Below are positions 11,769-24,435 of a stretch of 64,000 bases of DNA, piece after piece. Each line of letters opens with the position of its first letter. Within the stretch, counting starts at the first letter, position 1. The notes under the pieces are model-generated. The model did not search any database and was not told the DNA's origin. It worked only from the letters and a program-made list of their open reading frames with translations. The stretch spans positions 152,272,001-152,336,000 of the forward strand of contig NC_043000.1 in assembly GCF_006345805.1 (NCBI RefSeq). Reading direction: 5' to 3'. A program made the translations under genes and the position numbers. Source of the DNA: Octopus sinensis. Its lineage: Eukaryota.

Positions 11769-12011
11769 TAATACGTTACTTTGGGTATACATTCTCACTC
11801 TGAGTGAATTGACTGTTGGACCTTATAAGGATTTATTTAAACAATCACCTGATGAAGTGTATTTTAGACCTTGGATGGATAGTAGTGAGTAAACATCTCA
11901 TCCATGTACTGTGAGTGTAAAAATATGCTGAAACAATTGTAGGGATTTTAAATAAAAACATGTCATTCATTCTATTTTCTTTCACTTATCTCTCCCTCTC
12001 TCTTTCTCCCT

Positions 12012-12250
<239 letters not shown>

Positions 12251-12327
12251 ATATATGTATATATTTTTTTCCATTTGTCTCTATACATTATTTTGTACTT
12301 TAATTACTTTTCTTGTGTTTATCTTAG

Positions 12328-12517
12328 ATCCATGATGGTGGTACTCGCAATAGTCCACTATTGGGTAAGTATTGTAAAGATGAGGCTGTGAAAATAGCAA
12401 GTTCTTCAAACCAAGTCTATCTGAAGTATGTTCCATTTGCAAATCGCAAACAAGAGTTTTCACTCAATTGGACAGCAGTGGACAATATAACAGCTTCGAT
12501 TATGATTAATATGAACG
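12328..12517 (+). CDS. CUBN: Cubilin-like exon D (CUB repeat 2, C-half plus linker)
   Basis: atcttag acceptor, g|gtgagt donor; IHDGGTRNSPLLGKYCKDE...FSLNWTAVDNITASIMINMN; phase 0 to 1. Confidence 0.9.
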
Positions 12518-12984
12518 GTGAGTTAACTGTGTTTTCTTATATTCAACTTGTGTTATATATGTTGTTGATGTGATTTAAGTCCAAGTAATCTTTGTATAAC
12601 AGGATATTTGATCAAAACATTCCAGCCATGATCATCCTGTCTTATTTTTAAGAAAAGTGTATACAGACTGCAATTTGGCGTATGTTCTTCTGGATTCTTT
12701 TTAAGACGATAGCTTGTGATTTGAGGGGCATTTGGCTGCTATTTCTTGCCGATTAAATGACCATATAAAACCTCCTCTCTTTGGCTCAAGTCCTATATAT
12801 GATTTGTAATGGTTGGTACTAACAATAATTGGGAAACCCATATGTTTTTACCTTCTCATTTTGGGATACCACTGTTGGGATACCATTGATAATGGTATCT
12901 CTCCTCAACCCGTGAAAGGCTTTAAGCTTTTGGAGGACATTGAAGTGATAAAGGATGAAGGATTCTGAGTCCATTGTGTAAGTA

Positions 12985-13250
12985 ATGTAAGCACCCCTTT
13001 TGGTCATGAATGACCATGGGATTGCACCTAGAATGTTACCTTCTGAGGTACAAGTCTGGGCAAGGTTGTTTATGGAAGACTAGCAGTCGTCCATGCATAC
13101 CAGCCTCCTCGATCCACACCACTGATGTTATCCAAAGGGAGACAAAGGCTGATACAGCTTGGCATCAATGATGGTACAACTCATTTCTACAGCTGAGTGA
13201 ACTGGAGCAATGGAAAATAAAGTATCTTGCTCAAGAACACAATGTGTAGT
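12985..13250 (-). mobile_element. SINE family C, 5'-truncated and diverged
   Basis: Matches the family C body and tail. Confidence 0.78.
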
Positions 13251-13561
13251 GGATACAATAAAAACTAACAAGTCTTTACAACTCATACACATACTAATAC
13301 ATTTATATGTATTTTAATAGGGATTATTGATGCAAAAATATATTCCTCCAATTTCCTTAAAGTCTGTTAGGTTCTGGTTAAGAGATGAATTAAAGTCTGT
13401 GTGAAGTTCTAAGTATAAGATATTTATCATTAACGAAATAGTTGTCTCCCTTTTGGTTTCAATCAACAGAATATACATATTTTTCTTTTTATCTTCATTG
13501 TATATAACATATGTATTTCAAAGATTATGTATTTATGCCTTTGATTCTTTGTTAATTACAG

Positions 13562-13765
13562 TCCTAAGACAGCGAAATGTGTACAGTTTTAGAGCTTTTA
13601 GTGAACCAAAAGTCATCACATCTCCTGGCTACCCGAATGGTTATAAACCCAATTTGAATTATTTATGGACAATTCGAACTGATGTTGGATTCAAAATTTC
13701 AATAAATATTACAGACCTGAATATGGAGCGAAATTGCTATAGAGATTATCTTTACTTTACACGAA
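13562..13765 (+). CDS. CUBN: Cubilin-like exon E (CUB repeat 3, N-half)
   Basis: ttacag acceptor, a|gtaagt donor; ...VITSPGYPNGYKPNLNYLWTIRT...DLNMERNCYRDYLYFTR; phase 1 to 1. Confidence 0.88.
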
Positions 13766-13841
13766 GTAAGTAGACAAATATTAACTGTTAATCTATGCAC
13801 TCAAGTATTATCACTAATATTGCTTTATTATCCCTCTTTAA

Positions 13842-14046
13842 CCCTTTAGTGTTCGCATTATTCTGCCAAAGTTAATCCTTTTTAATCCACATTGTTTTGA
13901 ACTAATCATGCATTATCTTGTAGCTATGAGATTTTGATGAGGTAGCTGTTAATCTTGATATTGTAGGGTTGGTGTGAGAGACCAGATATGGCTAGTTTGA
14001 ACATAAAACAGGCAGAATACTTATGGCCGGTTCAAATGCTAAAGGG
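13842..14046 (+). mobile_element. piggyBac-type MITE, family 2
   Basis: ttaa|ccctttagtgtt ... aatgctaaaggg|tcaa. Confidence 0.82.
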
Positions 14047-14696
14047 TCAAATTTGATGGAAGATAAAATTACTGAGTTGGTTATAAGAAATTTGAGCTTG
14101 TACTTAATCTGGTTTTAAAGTTTAGCACTACACAATTTAAGTTTGGTTTTCAAATATGGAATATAACCTTACAAAAAGTAATGTCCCTTGTTCAATTGCT
14201 ACTATCTAATAGCATGAGTTTATATTGCATCATTGATACTGTATTGAGTCTCTGGTAGATGACATTTAACCTCTTTCAGTGGTTCCATCTATTAATTTCT
14301 TAGCACAGTCAAAAGTCACTCTGTAACATGCATTTTATTTGCATGCTATAACTAAGGAAGGGTGAGAAACTATGCTGTTATAACTATGCTGTTATCCAAG
14401 ATATAACCAAAACTGAATCACAGTAGACCTTCTTTGCAGTTTCAAGAATAAAGCAAGAAAGAAATATCAGTTAGTTATGTAGTAATTAGTCTAGTAATTT
14501 TGATGCAAACATTTAGTCTAAAAGATCAATGTAATTTTGTATGATAGAGCTAAGGATTTCCTTGGAGAAATCAGAAGAAATACTTGACTGGAAGAAGATC
14601 TAATATTGATAAAAAATGTAATTAGACTATGTTCTCCTGTTGGAAATAGCTATCAAGGCTTTTTAAAGGATTTGGTCATCAATTTGATTATATATA

Positions 14697-14858
14697 GGTG
14701 CAGGAGTGGCTGTGTGGTAAGTAGCTTGCTTACCAGCCATACACTTCTGGGTTCAGTCCCACTGCGCGGCACCTTGGGAAAGTGTCTTCTACTATAGCCT
14801 CGGGCCGACCAAAGCCTTGTGAGTTGATTTGGTAGACGGAAACTGAAAGAAGACCGTC

Positions 14859-14911
<53 letters not shown>

Positions 14912-15130
14912 TGTGTGTGTTTGTGTGTCTGTGTTTGTCCCCTAGCATTGCTTGACAACTGATGCTGGTATGTTTATGTCCCCGTTACTTAGTGGTTCGG
15001 CAAAAGAGATGTATAGAATAAGTACTAGGCTTACAAAGAATAAGTCCTGGGGTCGATTTGCTCGACTAAAAGGCGGTGCTCCAGCATGGCCGCAGTCATA
15101 ATGACTGAAACAAGTAAAAGAGTAAAAGAG
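14697..15130 (+). mobile_element. SINE family A
   Basis: Full-length match. Confidence 0.88.
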
Positions 15131-15404
15131 AAAGAGAGTATATCTACTAGATTCAGGACTATCTGACATTGTTTCAAGCATTTGCTTCTATCTCAGTTGG
15201 TGGTTCTGTGCTGCTAAAAGTGCCAGAAGTGATATTAGTGAGCAACTTAAACCATCTTCTGGCTGGCGCCTGATGAACATGAAAGAACCTGTGTATATAA
15301 ATACATGTTGCATGATATTATCCCTGCTTGCTAAGGCAGCGAGCTGGCAGAGCTGTTAGTATGTTAGGCAAAATACTTAGAATAATTTTTTCAATCTTTA
15401 CATT

Positions 15405-15845
15405 CATCATCATCATCATTTAGCGTCCGCTTTCCATGCTAGCATGGGTTGGATGGTGCAACTGGGGTCTGTGAAGCCAGAAGGCTGCATCAGGCCCAGT
15501 CTGATCTGGCAGTGTTTCTACGGCTGGATGCCCTTCCTAACGCCAACCACTCTGTGAGTGTAGTGGGTGCTTTTTACGTACCACCCGCACAGGTGCCAGA
15601 CGAGGCTGGCAAACAACCACGATCGGATGGTGCTTTTTACGTGCCACCGGCACGGGGGCCAGACGAGGCTGGCAAACGGCCACGGATAGATGGTGCTTCT
15701 TACGTGCCACCGGCAGGGGGGGCCTGGCGAGGCTGGCAAATGGCCACGGACGGATGGTGCTTTTTACGTGCCACTGGCACTGGGTCCAGGCAAGGCTGGC
15801 AACGGCCACGAACGGATGGTGCTTTTTACGTGCCACCGGCACATA
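15405..15845 (-). mobile_element. RTE 3'-UTR-type repeat with about 4 units of 60 bp
   Basis: Same subfamily as 27135-27975. Confidence 0.85.
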
Positions 15846-15927
15846 ATTCCTCATCTCTTAAATATAGAACTGTACTGTCAGTTTTTATTTTATTATAACA
15901 AAAATGTATGATTTTATTTATATATTA

Positions 15928-16326
15928 CTAGTAGTATCACCCGGCATTGCTCGGGTTTGTAAGGGAAATAACTATATAAGCATTTTTAGAGATGTAAAGT
16001 ATAATAGCCATCTCAATATGGCTAACCACAAAGGGGGGGGTGTTACTGTAGCTTTTTATGTTCTGAGATTTAATAATAAATTTTTAGAGAGTTACTTCCC
16101 TTATATAATAGCAAAAACATGCATTAAAAATGGGAAAAAATTGATGGTAAATTTTTTTTTAATCGTAGACTCATCAAAGACATGCGCTAATATCCAGAAG
16201 GGCTCGATATGAATCACGACTATAAGATACCCGGTTTTGGTTAAACTGCACCGCAAAATGTGGGAGTAGTTAGGAATCTAAATCGTAGGAGACAGACACA
16301 CACAACTTCACTTTTATATATAAAGA
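15928..16326 (-). mobile_element. Non-autonomous Helitron
   Basis: 5'-TC and CTAG-3' termini in an A|T site; subterminal hairpin cccgagcaatgccggg. Confidence 0.85.
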
Positions 16327-16571
16327 TTTCTGTGGAGTACAGCTAGCTTAGTTGAGAAGATATTGTTCAGTTGAAGGTGGAAGCTTATACATTAAGTTTT
16401 TAATAGTCAAAGTATTGACAGTCCTTTAAAACTTGACAAATGTTTTGTAAGTTATTTTGGGGTGTTCAAATTCAGTGGGGAAACTTATAATTGTATTTGT
16501 ATCTTGATTCACTTTAGTGATGATGCAGTGGATCATACTGGCCAAGTAGTTTATTTTGTTTGTATTATGTA

Positions 16572-16974
16572 CTAGCAGTATAGCCCACCGTTGCTCGGGT
16601 TTGTTTTCTTTTCAACTCTTTAGAATTGGAATTTTTGAAAAGTAAAAATTTTGTATTATGTAGCTTGTTATTCTCTTAAAGTGAACATTTACTGGTTGAA
16701 ATACACCGAAAAATGGCGACACAGCAGTCACAAAATCGTAAAAAATAGGGATTTTCATAGAAAAAAAAGCACCTTTTTGATGTAAATAATTTTTGGTCTT
16801 AACATGGTCTGATTTGAATTTTTTTCTTCTACTGAAGGAAGAGCAAGCCTTCTTCTATCATACTCTCAATTTTGGTCAACTTTCGCTGCAGGGTCTTGGA
16901 GGAGATAGTGTTAGTTGAAGGCTACCAAACCTGCCACACACACACACAGACAACTTCAGCTTTATATATAGAGA
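16572..16974 (-). mobile_element. Non-autonomous Helitron, second subfamily
   Basis: Same TC/CTAG termini and related hairpin; different interior. Confidence 0.75.
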
Positions 16975-17341
16975 TTTGAGTCTAAGCATTAGCACAATGG
17001 AAACTTGAATATTCTAAGTATCTATGGACAAATTTCTCTCTGTTAATATTGAAATTTTAAAATTGTCTTATTCAAAACAACAATTTAAAAATTAAACCTA
17101 GCAAAATATTCAGCTAGAATGTTATTACCAGAGTCAAGAAACCACTTCAGTGTGTTTAGTGTCAAAAATCTTGTCAGAAGGTTAAATTGGTTTGATCACT
17201 TGTAGCACATAAATTCAAATTGTTTACAAAGTATTATATGATCTACCAGAGAGAAAGATGGATGGGCAGCAAAAGTAGTTTTTGAAGCCTGTCAATATTA
17301 ATGTTGAACTGAGTGACATTTAACCATATATATTATAACTT

Positions 17342-17650
17342 GGAGGCGCAATGGCCTAGTGGTTAGGGCAGCGGACTCACGGTGGTAGGATCGTGGTTTC
17401 GATTCCCAGATCAGGCGTTCTGAGTGTTTATTGAGCGAAAACACCTAAAGCTCCACGAGGTTCCGGCAGGGGGTGGTGGCGATCCCTGCTGTACTCTTTC
17501 GCCACAACTTTCTCTCACTCTTTCTTCTGTTGGCCTGCTCGCTTAGCCAGCGGGATGGCGTCATTTGAAGGCTAAAACAATGCGAAGCGCATTGTGACCA
17601 GCGATGTGTAACAACATCTGATAGCCTGGTCGGTCACGGTGATCACGGTG
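17342..17650 (+). mobile_element. tRNA(Arg)-like SINE family B, tail type 1 (OR-type SINE by recollection)
   Basis: Head ggaggcgcaatggcctagtggttagggcagcggactc...gtttcgattccc; 12-bp TSD atattataactt. Confidence 0.88.
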
Positions 17651-17885
17651 ATATTATAACTTATCTAAGTTTTAACCATTATTGGCCCAGGCCATGTCTA
17701 ACTTAATAGTAATTACCCAGAATAGTCTTTTAAGTTTTGTTTTTGGGACACCATAACCCACTGAATTAGGGAGTTGTTTGCTGAAATGTATCTGAATGTC
17801 TGTATTTTATCTGGTGTTTTTTGGAAGAATTTACCCACATACTATTTGCATACGGACAAAAGCTGTATGCTGTTGGTAGTAGTAT

Positions 17886-18228
17886 AAGGGTAAAGACCCA
17901 TTTCGGTCATGAATGACCATGAGATCGGACTTAGAAAGTTACTCTCTGAGGCATAAGTCTGGGCAAGGTTGTTTATGAAAAACCAGAAGTCACCCATGCA
18001 TAGCAGCCTTCCCTCTCCACTCCACCAATGTTATCCAAGGGAAAGGCAAAGGGGCCGATATAGCTTGGCACCAGTGACGTCGCAACTCATTTCTACAGCT
18101 GAGTGAACTGGAGCAACGTGAAATAAAGTGCCTTGCTCGAGAACACAACACGCAGCCCGGTCCGAGATTCGAGCTCACAACCTCATGATTGTAAGCTTGA
18201 TGCTCTAACCACTAAGCTATATGCCTTC
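17886..18228 (-). mobile_element. SINE family C
   Basis: Reverse complement of 44891-45231. Confidence 0.85.
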
Positions 18229-18340
18229 ACTGTTGGCAGTAGTAGTAGTCATTTCATTTGTTTTTGTAGTTTTCATGTCTCCACTGTTGTATCATTGGTT
18301 AATTGTTTATAACTGTATATATAATTAATTTGTTTTTTAG

Positions 18341-18469
18341 TGTACAGACGTTATTGTAGAATGAGTCAGGTAAAAGGACCAATACATTCATATTCCAACG
18401 TAATGATGATCCACTTTAGATCTGATGGAAGCAACAATGGAAGTGGATTTAGTCTGGAATATAAAAAAG
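18341..18469 (+). CDS. CUBN: Cubilin-like exon F (CUB repeat 3, C-half)
   Basis: ttttttag acceptor, aag|gtaagt donor; YRRYCRMSQVKGPIHSYSNVMMIHFRSDGSNNGSGFSLEYKK; phase 1 to 1; absent from the ORF track, read by hand. Confidence 0.88.
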
Positions 18470-18751
18470 GTAAGTAAGGTTTATCTGATCTTGGCATCTT
18501 TTAGAGAGAGAGAGAGAGAGCTCTACTTTACATATATATAGAGGCATATGTATATACTTACATATGTATATACTTACAAGCATATCATAGGCAGTTTCTT
18601 CAGAATGTAACAACTTATATCAGCTGGTGATTATATGCCGTTCTGATAATTTTAGTTGAATATATATGTATATATATATATATTTATATTTATCGATTTT
18701 TTTTTTTTTTTTCCTCTGTCTTCCCTTCTCTGGATCTTTCCTTTCTCCTAT

Positions 18752-18786
18752 GTTTCCGATGAAGAGCTCCGGTCGAAACGTTAAAC
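18752..18786 (+). ncRNA. Degenerate minimal hammerhead motif (Penelope-like)
   Basis: GUUU-CCGAUGA-AGAGCUCCGGUC-GAAA-CG-UU-AAAC: palindromic stem III (AACGUU), core U4 changed to C. Confidence 0.45.
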
Positions 18787-18882
18787 CCTCCTTCTTTCCT
18801 TCTTTCCTGAGCGTCAAATAATACTATATTTGTTCCACGTCCTCGCGTTGTTGTGTTTTCTTGTGCTTTCTTGTTTGGATTA

Positions 18883-18927
<45 letters not shown>

Positions 18928-18928
<1 letters not shown>

Positions 18929-19229
18929 GAGGCGTAATGGCCCAGTGGTTAGGGCAGCGGACTCGCGGTTGTAGAATCGCGGTTTCGATTCCCAGACTGG
19001 GCGTTGTGAGTGATTATTGAGCGAAAACACCTAAAGCTCCACGAGGCTCCGGCAGGGGATGGTGGCGATCCCTGCTGTACTCTTTCTCCACAACTTTCTC
19101 TCACTCTTTCTTCTGTTAGCCTGCTCGCTTAGCCAGCAGGGTGGCATAATTTGAAGGTTAAAACAATGCGAAGCGTATTGTGACCAGCGGTGTGTAGCAA
19201 CATCTGATAGCCTGGTTGGTCGCGGTGAT
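18928..19229 (+). mobile_element. SINE family B, tail type 1
   Basis: Collinear with 17342-17650; inserted in (TA)n. Confidence 0.86.
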
Positions 19230-19425
19230 ATATATATATATATATATATATATGTTTATATATATATATATTTTTTTTTTCCTTTCTATAATCATTGCTT
19301 TAGTTGATTATCTTTGAAGTGAGCATTTTTCAGCAGAAACAAAACTTTTTGACTAAAACTTTCTTAATTCAAACAAGATGCCTAGTTAAAATATGCAAAA
19401 CATTATTTAAACATCAACAAGAAAG

Positions 19426-19812
19426 TAAGTAGCTTGTTTACCAACCGCATGGTCCCGGGTTCAGTCCTACTGCGTGGCACCTTGGGCAAGTGTCTTTTAC
19501 TATAGCCTTGGGCTGACCAAAGCCTTGTGAGTGGATTTGGTAGAGGGAAACTGAAAGAAGCCCGTCGTATATATGTATATATATATATATATATATGCAT
19601 GTGTGTGTTTGTGTGTCTGTGTTTGTCCCCCCAACATTGCTTGACAACCGATGCTGGTGTGTTTATGACCCCGTCACTTAGCGGTTCGGCAAAAGAGACC
19701 GATAGAGTAAGTACTGGGCTTACAATGAATAAGTCCCGGGGTTGAGTTGCTCGATTAAAAGGCGGTGCTCCAGCATGGCCGCAGTCAAATGACTGAAACA
19801 AGTACAAGAGTA
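19426..19812 (+). mobile_element. SINE family A
   Basis: Near full-length match. Confidence 0.88.
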
Positions 19813-20075
19813 AAGTTTCTGTTTCTTGTTCTGTTAAGCGAACTTCACTGAAATAAAGAAGAAACCTACATACTGAATTCACTTGCTTTGCATTAGTCAA
19901 ACAGGCATTATTCTGAAAGTAAGTATATTCATTAAACAGTTGAATCATTAGGAATTAGAAAAGAGCATCCTTGTAAAAATGCAAGCAATAATTTCCCATA
20001 GATATCTTGGAACTTGCGGTGCCACCAAATCTGTGCTACTTTAGAAAGATGACAATTTCACGTGAATGAAAATCA

Positions 20076-20500
20076 ACTCTCTTACTCTTTTACTCTTTCA
20101 CTTGTTTCAGTCATTTGACTGCGGCCATGCTGGAGCACCGCCTTTAATCGAGCAACTCAACCCTGGGACTTATTCCTTTTGTAAGCCCAGTACTTATTCT
20201 ATCGGTCTCTTTTGCCGAACTGCTAAGTAACGAGGACATAAACACACCAGCATCGGTTGTCAAGCAATGCTAGGGGGACAAACACAGACACACAAACACA
20301 CCCACGCATATTATATATATATATATATACATATATACGACGGGCTTCTTTCAGTTTCCGTCTACCAAATCCACTCACAAGGCTTTGGTCGGCCCGAGGC
20401 TATAGTAGAAGACACTTGCCCAAGGTGCCACGCAGTGGGACTGAACCTGGAACCATGTGGTTGGTAGACAAGCTACTTACCACACAGCCACTCCTGCGCC
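20076..20500 (-). mobile_element. SINE family A
   Basis: Full-length match. Confidence 0.88.
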
Positions 20501-20712
20501 TATTCATGAAATTATTGAAGAAAGAGCTATAAGGCCTGTGATGTCATTTCTTAGTTTCAGAAGAAATAAGTAGAAGAAAATAAACATCTTTAATGTTATA
20601 TAAATTATTTCATATTGCTAAGAATATTTAGAAGTAATGGGAATGATAAATTCTGCTTTGTAAGAATCTAACTATACAAGAGTATGTACATTATTCCTTG
20701 GTGGCAGAGTTC

Positions 20713-21608
20713 TCATCATCATCATCGTTTAACATCCGTTTTCCGCGCTAGCACAGGTTGGACGGTTCGACCGGGGTCTGGGAAGCCAGGAGGCTGCACC
20801 AGGCTCCAGTCTGTTCTGGCAGTGTTTCTACAGCTGGATGCCCTTCCTAATGCCAACTACTCCGCGAGTGTAGTGGGTGCTTTTTACGTACCACCGGCAC
20901 AGGTGCCAGGGGAGTCTGGCATCGGCCCCGATTGGTTGGTGCTGTTAACGTGCCACCGGCATGGAAACCAGCCAAGGTGGCGCTGGCATCGGCCACATTC
21001 GGATGGTGCTTTTTATGTGCCACCGGCACAGAAGCCAGTCGAGGCGGTGCTGGCATCGGCCACGTTCAGATGGTACTTCTTCTGTGCTGGTGGCATAGAA
21101 GCCAGTCGAGGTGGTGCTGGCAACGGCCACGTTCGGATGGTGCTTTTTATGTGCCACCGGCACAGAATCCAGTCGAGGCGGTGCTGGCATCAGCCACGTT
21201 CGGTTGGTGCTTTTTATGTGCCACCAGCACAGAATCCAGTCGAGGTGGTGCTGGCAACGGCCACGTTCAGATGGTGCTTCTCCTGTGCCACCGGCACAGA
21301 ATCCAGTCGAGGCGGTGCTGGCATCGGCCACGTTCGGATGGTGGTTTTTATGTGTCACCAGCACAGAATCCAGTCGAGGTGGTGCTGGCATCAGCCACGT
21401 TCGGATGGTGCTTTTTATGTGCCACCGGCACAGAAGCCAGTCGAGGCAGCGTTGGCAACGGCCACGTTCAGATGGTGCTTCTTCTGTGCCACCGGCACAG
21501 AAGCCAGTCGAGGCAGTGCTGGCATCGGCCACGTTCGGATGGTGCTTTTTATGTGCCACCGGCACAGGTATCACAACTACTATTTCCATTGATATTTATT
21601 TCGATGTT
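20713..21608 (-). mobile_element. RTE 3'-UTR-type repeat with an expanded 67-bp tandem array
   Basis: ggtgc motif starts at 21005, 21072, 21139 ... 21541 (67-bp period); 201-bp higher-order period. Confidence 0.9.
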
Positions 21609-21754
21609 TGTCATTAATCTTTACAAGAGGAAATAGTGTAACAAAATGATTTCTGACATGATTTGGAAACGTCATTTATGTGCACTTGTCTATAAAATAT
21701 GAGAAAATGTATTATATTTGATATCTTTGAAAATTTGAAAACTGTAGCATATTT

Positions 21755-21937
21755 TTACTGTATTAATTTTGAGATGCTCTGTGTTTCTTTCAATTACTTT
21801 AAATATAACAAAGAATTTAGTAAAATAACTTAGTTATCATTAAGCTAGTGTTAGGAACATAAATTGTGACTAAGGTTTGGTGGAAGATTTTCATTAAAGA
21901 GCCAGAGCCGGTTTCAGCTGGGTTGGTAACGAAAGGG
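21755..21937 (-). mobile_element. piggyBac-type MITE, family 1, internally deleted with one end lost
   Basis: Reverse complement of family 1, ending ggtaacgaaaggg|ttaa. Confidence 0.8.
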
Positions 21938-22224
21938 TTAACAATGCAGTTGGTTATGATGTAAACAAAATTATACCTCATGAATATTGTAGAGTTAATG
22001 AAATAACGCGATAAAGGTATAAGAAGCTACTTTTGCAAACCTCTTCACATAACATTGACTGAACAAAAAATATATTTGAAAGTGTGTCATTAATTTAAAT
22101 TATTAAACATATTTTTATACTATCCTCTAGTAAGAAATAGTATGTAGAGGTGAACTTGTCAAGTGGATAACCAAGTTGATCTGGCACAGATGGGATTTCT
22201 TATTGGCTTGTTGAAGGGAACAGG

Positions 22225-22619
22225 TACTCTTTTACTCTTTTACTTGTTTCAGTCATTTGACTGCAGCCATGCTGGAGCACCGCCTTTAGTCAAGCAAATC
22301 GACCCCGGGACTTATTCTTTGTAAGCCCAGTACTTATTCTATCGGCCTCTTTCAGCCGAACCGCTAAGTGACGGGGACGTAAACACCCCAGCATTGGTTG
22401 TCAAGCAATGCTAGGGGCACAAACACAGACACACAAATATATACACACACATACATATATACGACAGGCTTCTTTCAGTTTCCGTCTACCAAATCCACTC
22501 ACAAGGCATTGGTCGGTCCAGGCCTATAGCAGAAGACACTTGCCCAAGATGCCATGCAGTGGGACTGAACCCGGAACCATGTGGTTGGTAAGCAAGCTAC
22601 TTACCACACAGCCACTCCT
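22225..22619 (-). mobile_element. SINE family A
   Basis: Full-length match. Confidence 0.88.
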
Positions 22620-22960
22620 AGGTAGCTAATCATTTGGGTATATTACTTGAAATAACTTTCTCCTAAATAGGATGTCTGTATATTTCATCTTCACACAATG
22701 AAACTGGATTTAAGTACTGGCTCTTTGAAGCATTTGGGTCTTGGCAGGCATCTATTTTGCTTTTATTAAACCGCATAAATTGGATTAAAGAAAACAATAC
22801 TTTTCTCTGAAATAAGAAAGGAAATTTTCAAAATCTGTGTATCGCACATACATATGTATTCACTGTGTGTCTATGCACGTGCATATGTACATATGTGCTT
22901 GTTTCTGTTAGTGCCTTTATGTGTGTGTGTGTGTGTGTTTTCTAGGAAAACACACACGGT

Positions 22961-23345
22961 GGAGGCGCAATGGCCCAGTGGTTAGGGCAGCGGACTCGCG
23001 GTCATAGGATCGCGGTTTCGATTCCCAGACCGGGCGTTGTGAGTGTTTATTGAGCGAAAACACCTAAAAGCTCCACGAGGCTCCAGCAGGGGATGGTGGT
23101 GATCCCTGCTGTACTCTTTCACCACAACTTTCTCTCACTCTTTACTTCCTGTTTCTGTTGCACCTGTATTTCAAAGGGCCGGCCTTGTCACTCTCTGTGT
23201 CACGCTGAATATCCCCGAGAACTACGTTAAGGGTACACGTGTCTGTGGAGTGCTCAGCCACTTACACGTTAATTTCACGAGCAGGCTGTTCCATTGATTC
23301 GAATCAACCGGAACCCTCGTCGTCGTAACCGACGGAGTGCTTCCA
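22961..23345 (+). mobile_element. SINE family B, tail type 2
   Basis: Same head; different 3' half ending gacggagtgcttcc. Confidence 0.88.
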
Positions 23346-23423
23346 TAGTGTGTGTGTGTGTGTATTTATGTGCATACTTAAGAATGAAAAATTACTGATG
23401 GAAACTGTTTCTATTTATTTCAG

Positions 23424-23599
23424 TATGTGGTGGTCGATTTAGAGTAAGAAAGAGAGTTACAATCTATTCTCATTATGGCTCTGATATGAAAGACTGTCAA
23501 TGGTACTTCTTTACTCATTGGCGAAAAAGATTGGTAGTAAGCTTCACAAGCAGTTTCTACTTTGCTACCACTGAAAACTGTTCTAGTAATTACATACAG
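23424..23599 (+). CDS. CUBN: Cubilin-like exon G (CUB repeat 4, N-half)
   Basis: tatttcag acceptor, cag|gtacag donor; CGGRFRVRKRVTIYSHYGSDMKDCQWYFFTHWRKRLVVSF...ENCSSNYIQ; phase 1 to 0. Confidence 0.85.
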
Positions 23600-23617
23600 G
23601 TACAGTAATTTTAATGT

Positions 23618-23619
23618 AT

Positions 23620-23701
<82 letters not shown>

Positions 23702-23975
23702 CCACCACCACCACCACCGTTTAACGTCCATTTTCCGCGCTAGCATGGGTTGGATGGTTCAACTGGGGCCTGGGAAGCCAGAAGGCTGCACCAGGCTCCA
23801 GTCTGATCTGGCAGTGTTTCTACAGCTGGATGCCCTTCCTAACGCCAACCATTCCGAGAGTGTAGTGGGTGCTTTTTATGTGCCACCTGCACAGGTGCCA
23901 GACGAGGCTGGCAAACGGCCACGATCGGATAGTGCTTTTTACGTGCCACCGGCACGGGGGCCAGACGAGGCTTGA
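23618..23975 (-). mobile_element. RTE 3'-UTR-type repeat with an expanded (CAT)n(CAC)n tail
   Basis: About 100 bp of CAT/CAC, then the family sequence; starts about 20 nt after the exon G donor. Confidence 0.88.
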
Positions 23976-24435
23976 TGTATATATATATATATAGTAATAA
24001 TTACGAATAATTCTTAGATAGAATTTATAAGCATTTAATGCACCAGCACACGTTTCCGCAAATCCCATGTCTCTTAAGACCACAGTCCGTATTCCTGGGA
24101 GGATTACAGTGTAGTCCATAGTATCCATGGGCCTTGTGCTGATCATTTTCATGGATTCATTCCTTCATGAGATATAATATTAATGGATGTTTAATAGAGG
24201 GAGGTTTATCCCTTTTGACCTCTGCTCTGGTCAAGAACATGGAGATGTCTGCACAAATGTTCTTGGTAATAGTGGAAGCTTATTTCAGCTGCTTTCAACA
24301 CTCTGCAATTAATTAATTATTGCCAAAAGCAGCCTTATATGGGGTACAAGGGGGAGATTCTAGAAGATTGAATCACATGTTGCCTTGATATGCGGATTGT
24401 TGCTAAAAAGACCAGGCAAGTAAAACTTATGTGGT

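Noticed and set aside
17342-17420. tRNA genes at SINE heads (also 44891 and other copies)
   Set aside because: A/B boxes are present, but there is no complete acceptor stem or terminator, and they continue into SINE bodies with TSDs
20684-21636. Overlapping 170-300 aa ORFs in several frames
   Set aside because: Produced by a stop-poor 67-bp array; no start context, splice support or domain
22130-22225. Possible extra exon (ctctag...aacag|gtact)
   Set aside because: No CUB similarity, and exons F and G already join in phase to complete the domain series
23562-23975. Poly-histidine ORF
   Set aside because: It is the expanded (CAT)n/(CAC)n tail of an antisense retroelement, read through from the exon G donor region
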